Positions 63,819-64,000 of a stretch of 64,000 nt of DNA are shown piece after piece. Each line of letters starts with the position of its first letter. Within the stretch, counting starts at the first letter, position 1. Source of the DNA: an uncultured virus (IMG/VR IMGVR_UViG_3300046004_000626) (taxonomy: Duplodnaviria; Heunggongvirae; Uroviricota; Caudoviricetes). A program made the position numbers and the translations under genes. Where the stretch lies: the IMG/VR virus record IMGVR_UViG_3300046004_000626; one strand, given 5' to 3'. The notes below the pieces were generated by a model that saw nothing but the letters and a program-made list of their open reading frames with translations, was not told the origin of the DNA and did not search any database.

Positions 63819-63950
63819 AAATACAACATCTTGCACTAATTTTACCAAAAAGTATATCAAAAAGCCACAGTTTATTGACTTCTCTTTATAAATAACTTAC
63901 ACTGATAGTATAACATATTAGTGTTATCCATTAAAAGGAGAAGTATCGTA

Positions 63951-64000
63951 ATGAAGAAAATTTTATTAGCAACATTATTAGCAAGTATGTACTCTACAGC
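63951..64000 (+). CDS. partial ORF with signal peptide (runs off the window)
   Basis: AGGAG RBS; MKKILLATLLASMYST... Confidence 0.6.
   Translation, partial: MKKILLATLLASMYST

Overview
A 64 kb segment of a large, AT-rich, T4-like (myovirus) lytic phage genome, standard genetic code, host probably Proteobacteria (inferred from consensus sigma70 promoters and RpoZ-like/AhcY-like genes). Layout: (1) 1-18.8 kb tail fibre/adhesin region: a gp37-like fibre with S74 chaperone, a gp38-like polyglycine adhesin, a second adhesin cassette bracketed by direct repeats, and a 2334-aa repeat protein; (2) 18.8-41.6 kb neck, tail and packaging core (gp15, gp14, gp13, gp1, gp18, gp19, gp4, gp17) plus acidic candidate internal-head proteins; (3) 41.7-53.1 kb gp32, UvsX and UvsY interleaved with glycan-modification-like enzymes; (4) 53.1-59.9 kb an RpoZ-like gene and 26 CCA-encoding tRNAs with several structured non-tRNA spacers and an HNH endonuclease; (5) 59.9-64 kb small early genes including an internally deleted ahcY. 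Best candidate for an undescribed system: a leader-peptide transcription attenuator (53857-54133) in front of a tRNA block. Its 43-codon leader uses 19 amino acids and 32 different codons, and its last codons form an antiterminator that is mutually exclusive with the downstream terminator. This is the architecture expected of a general translation-stress/tRNA-depletion sensor that switches on replacement tRNAs. All protein calls come from motif recognition by eye, not database searches.
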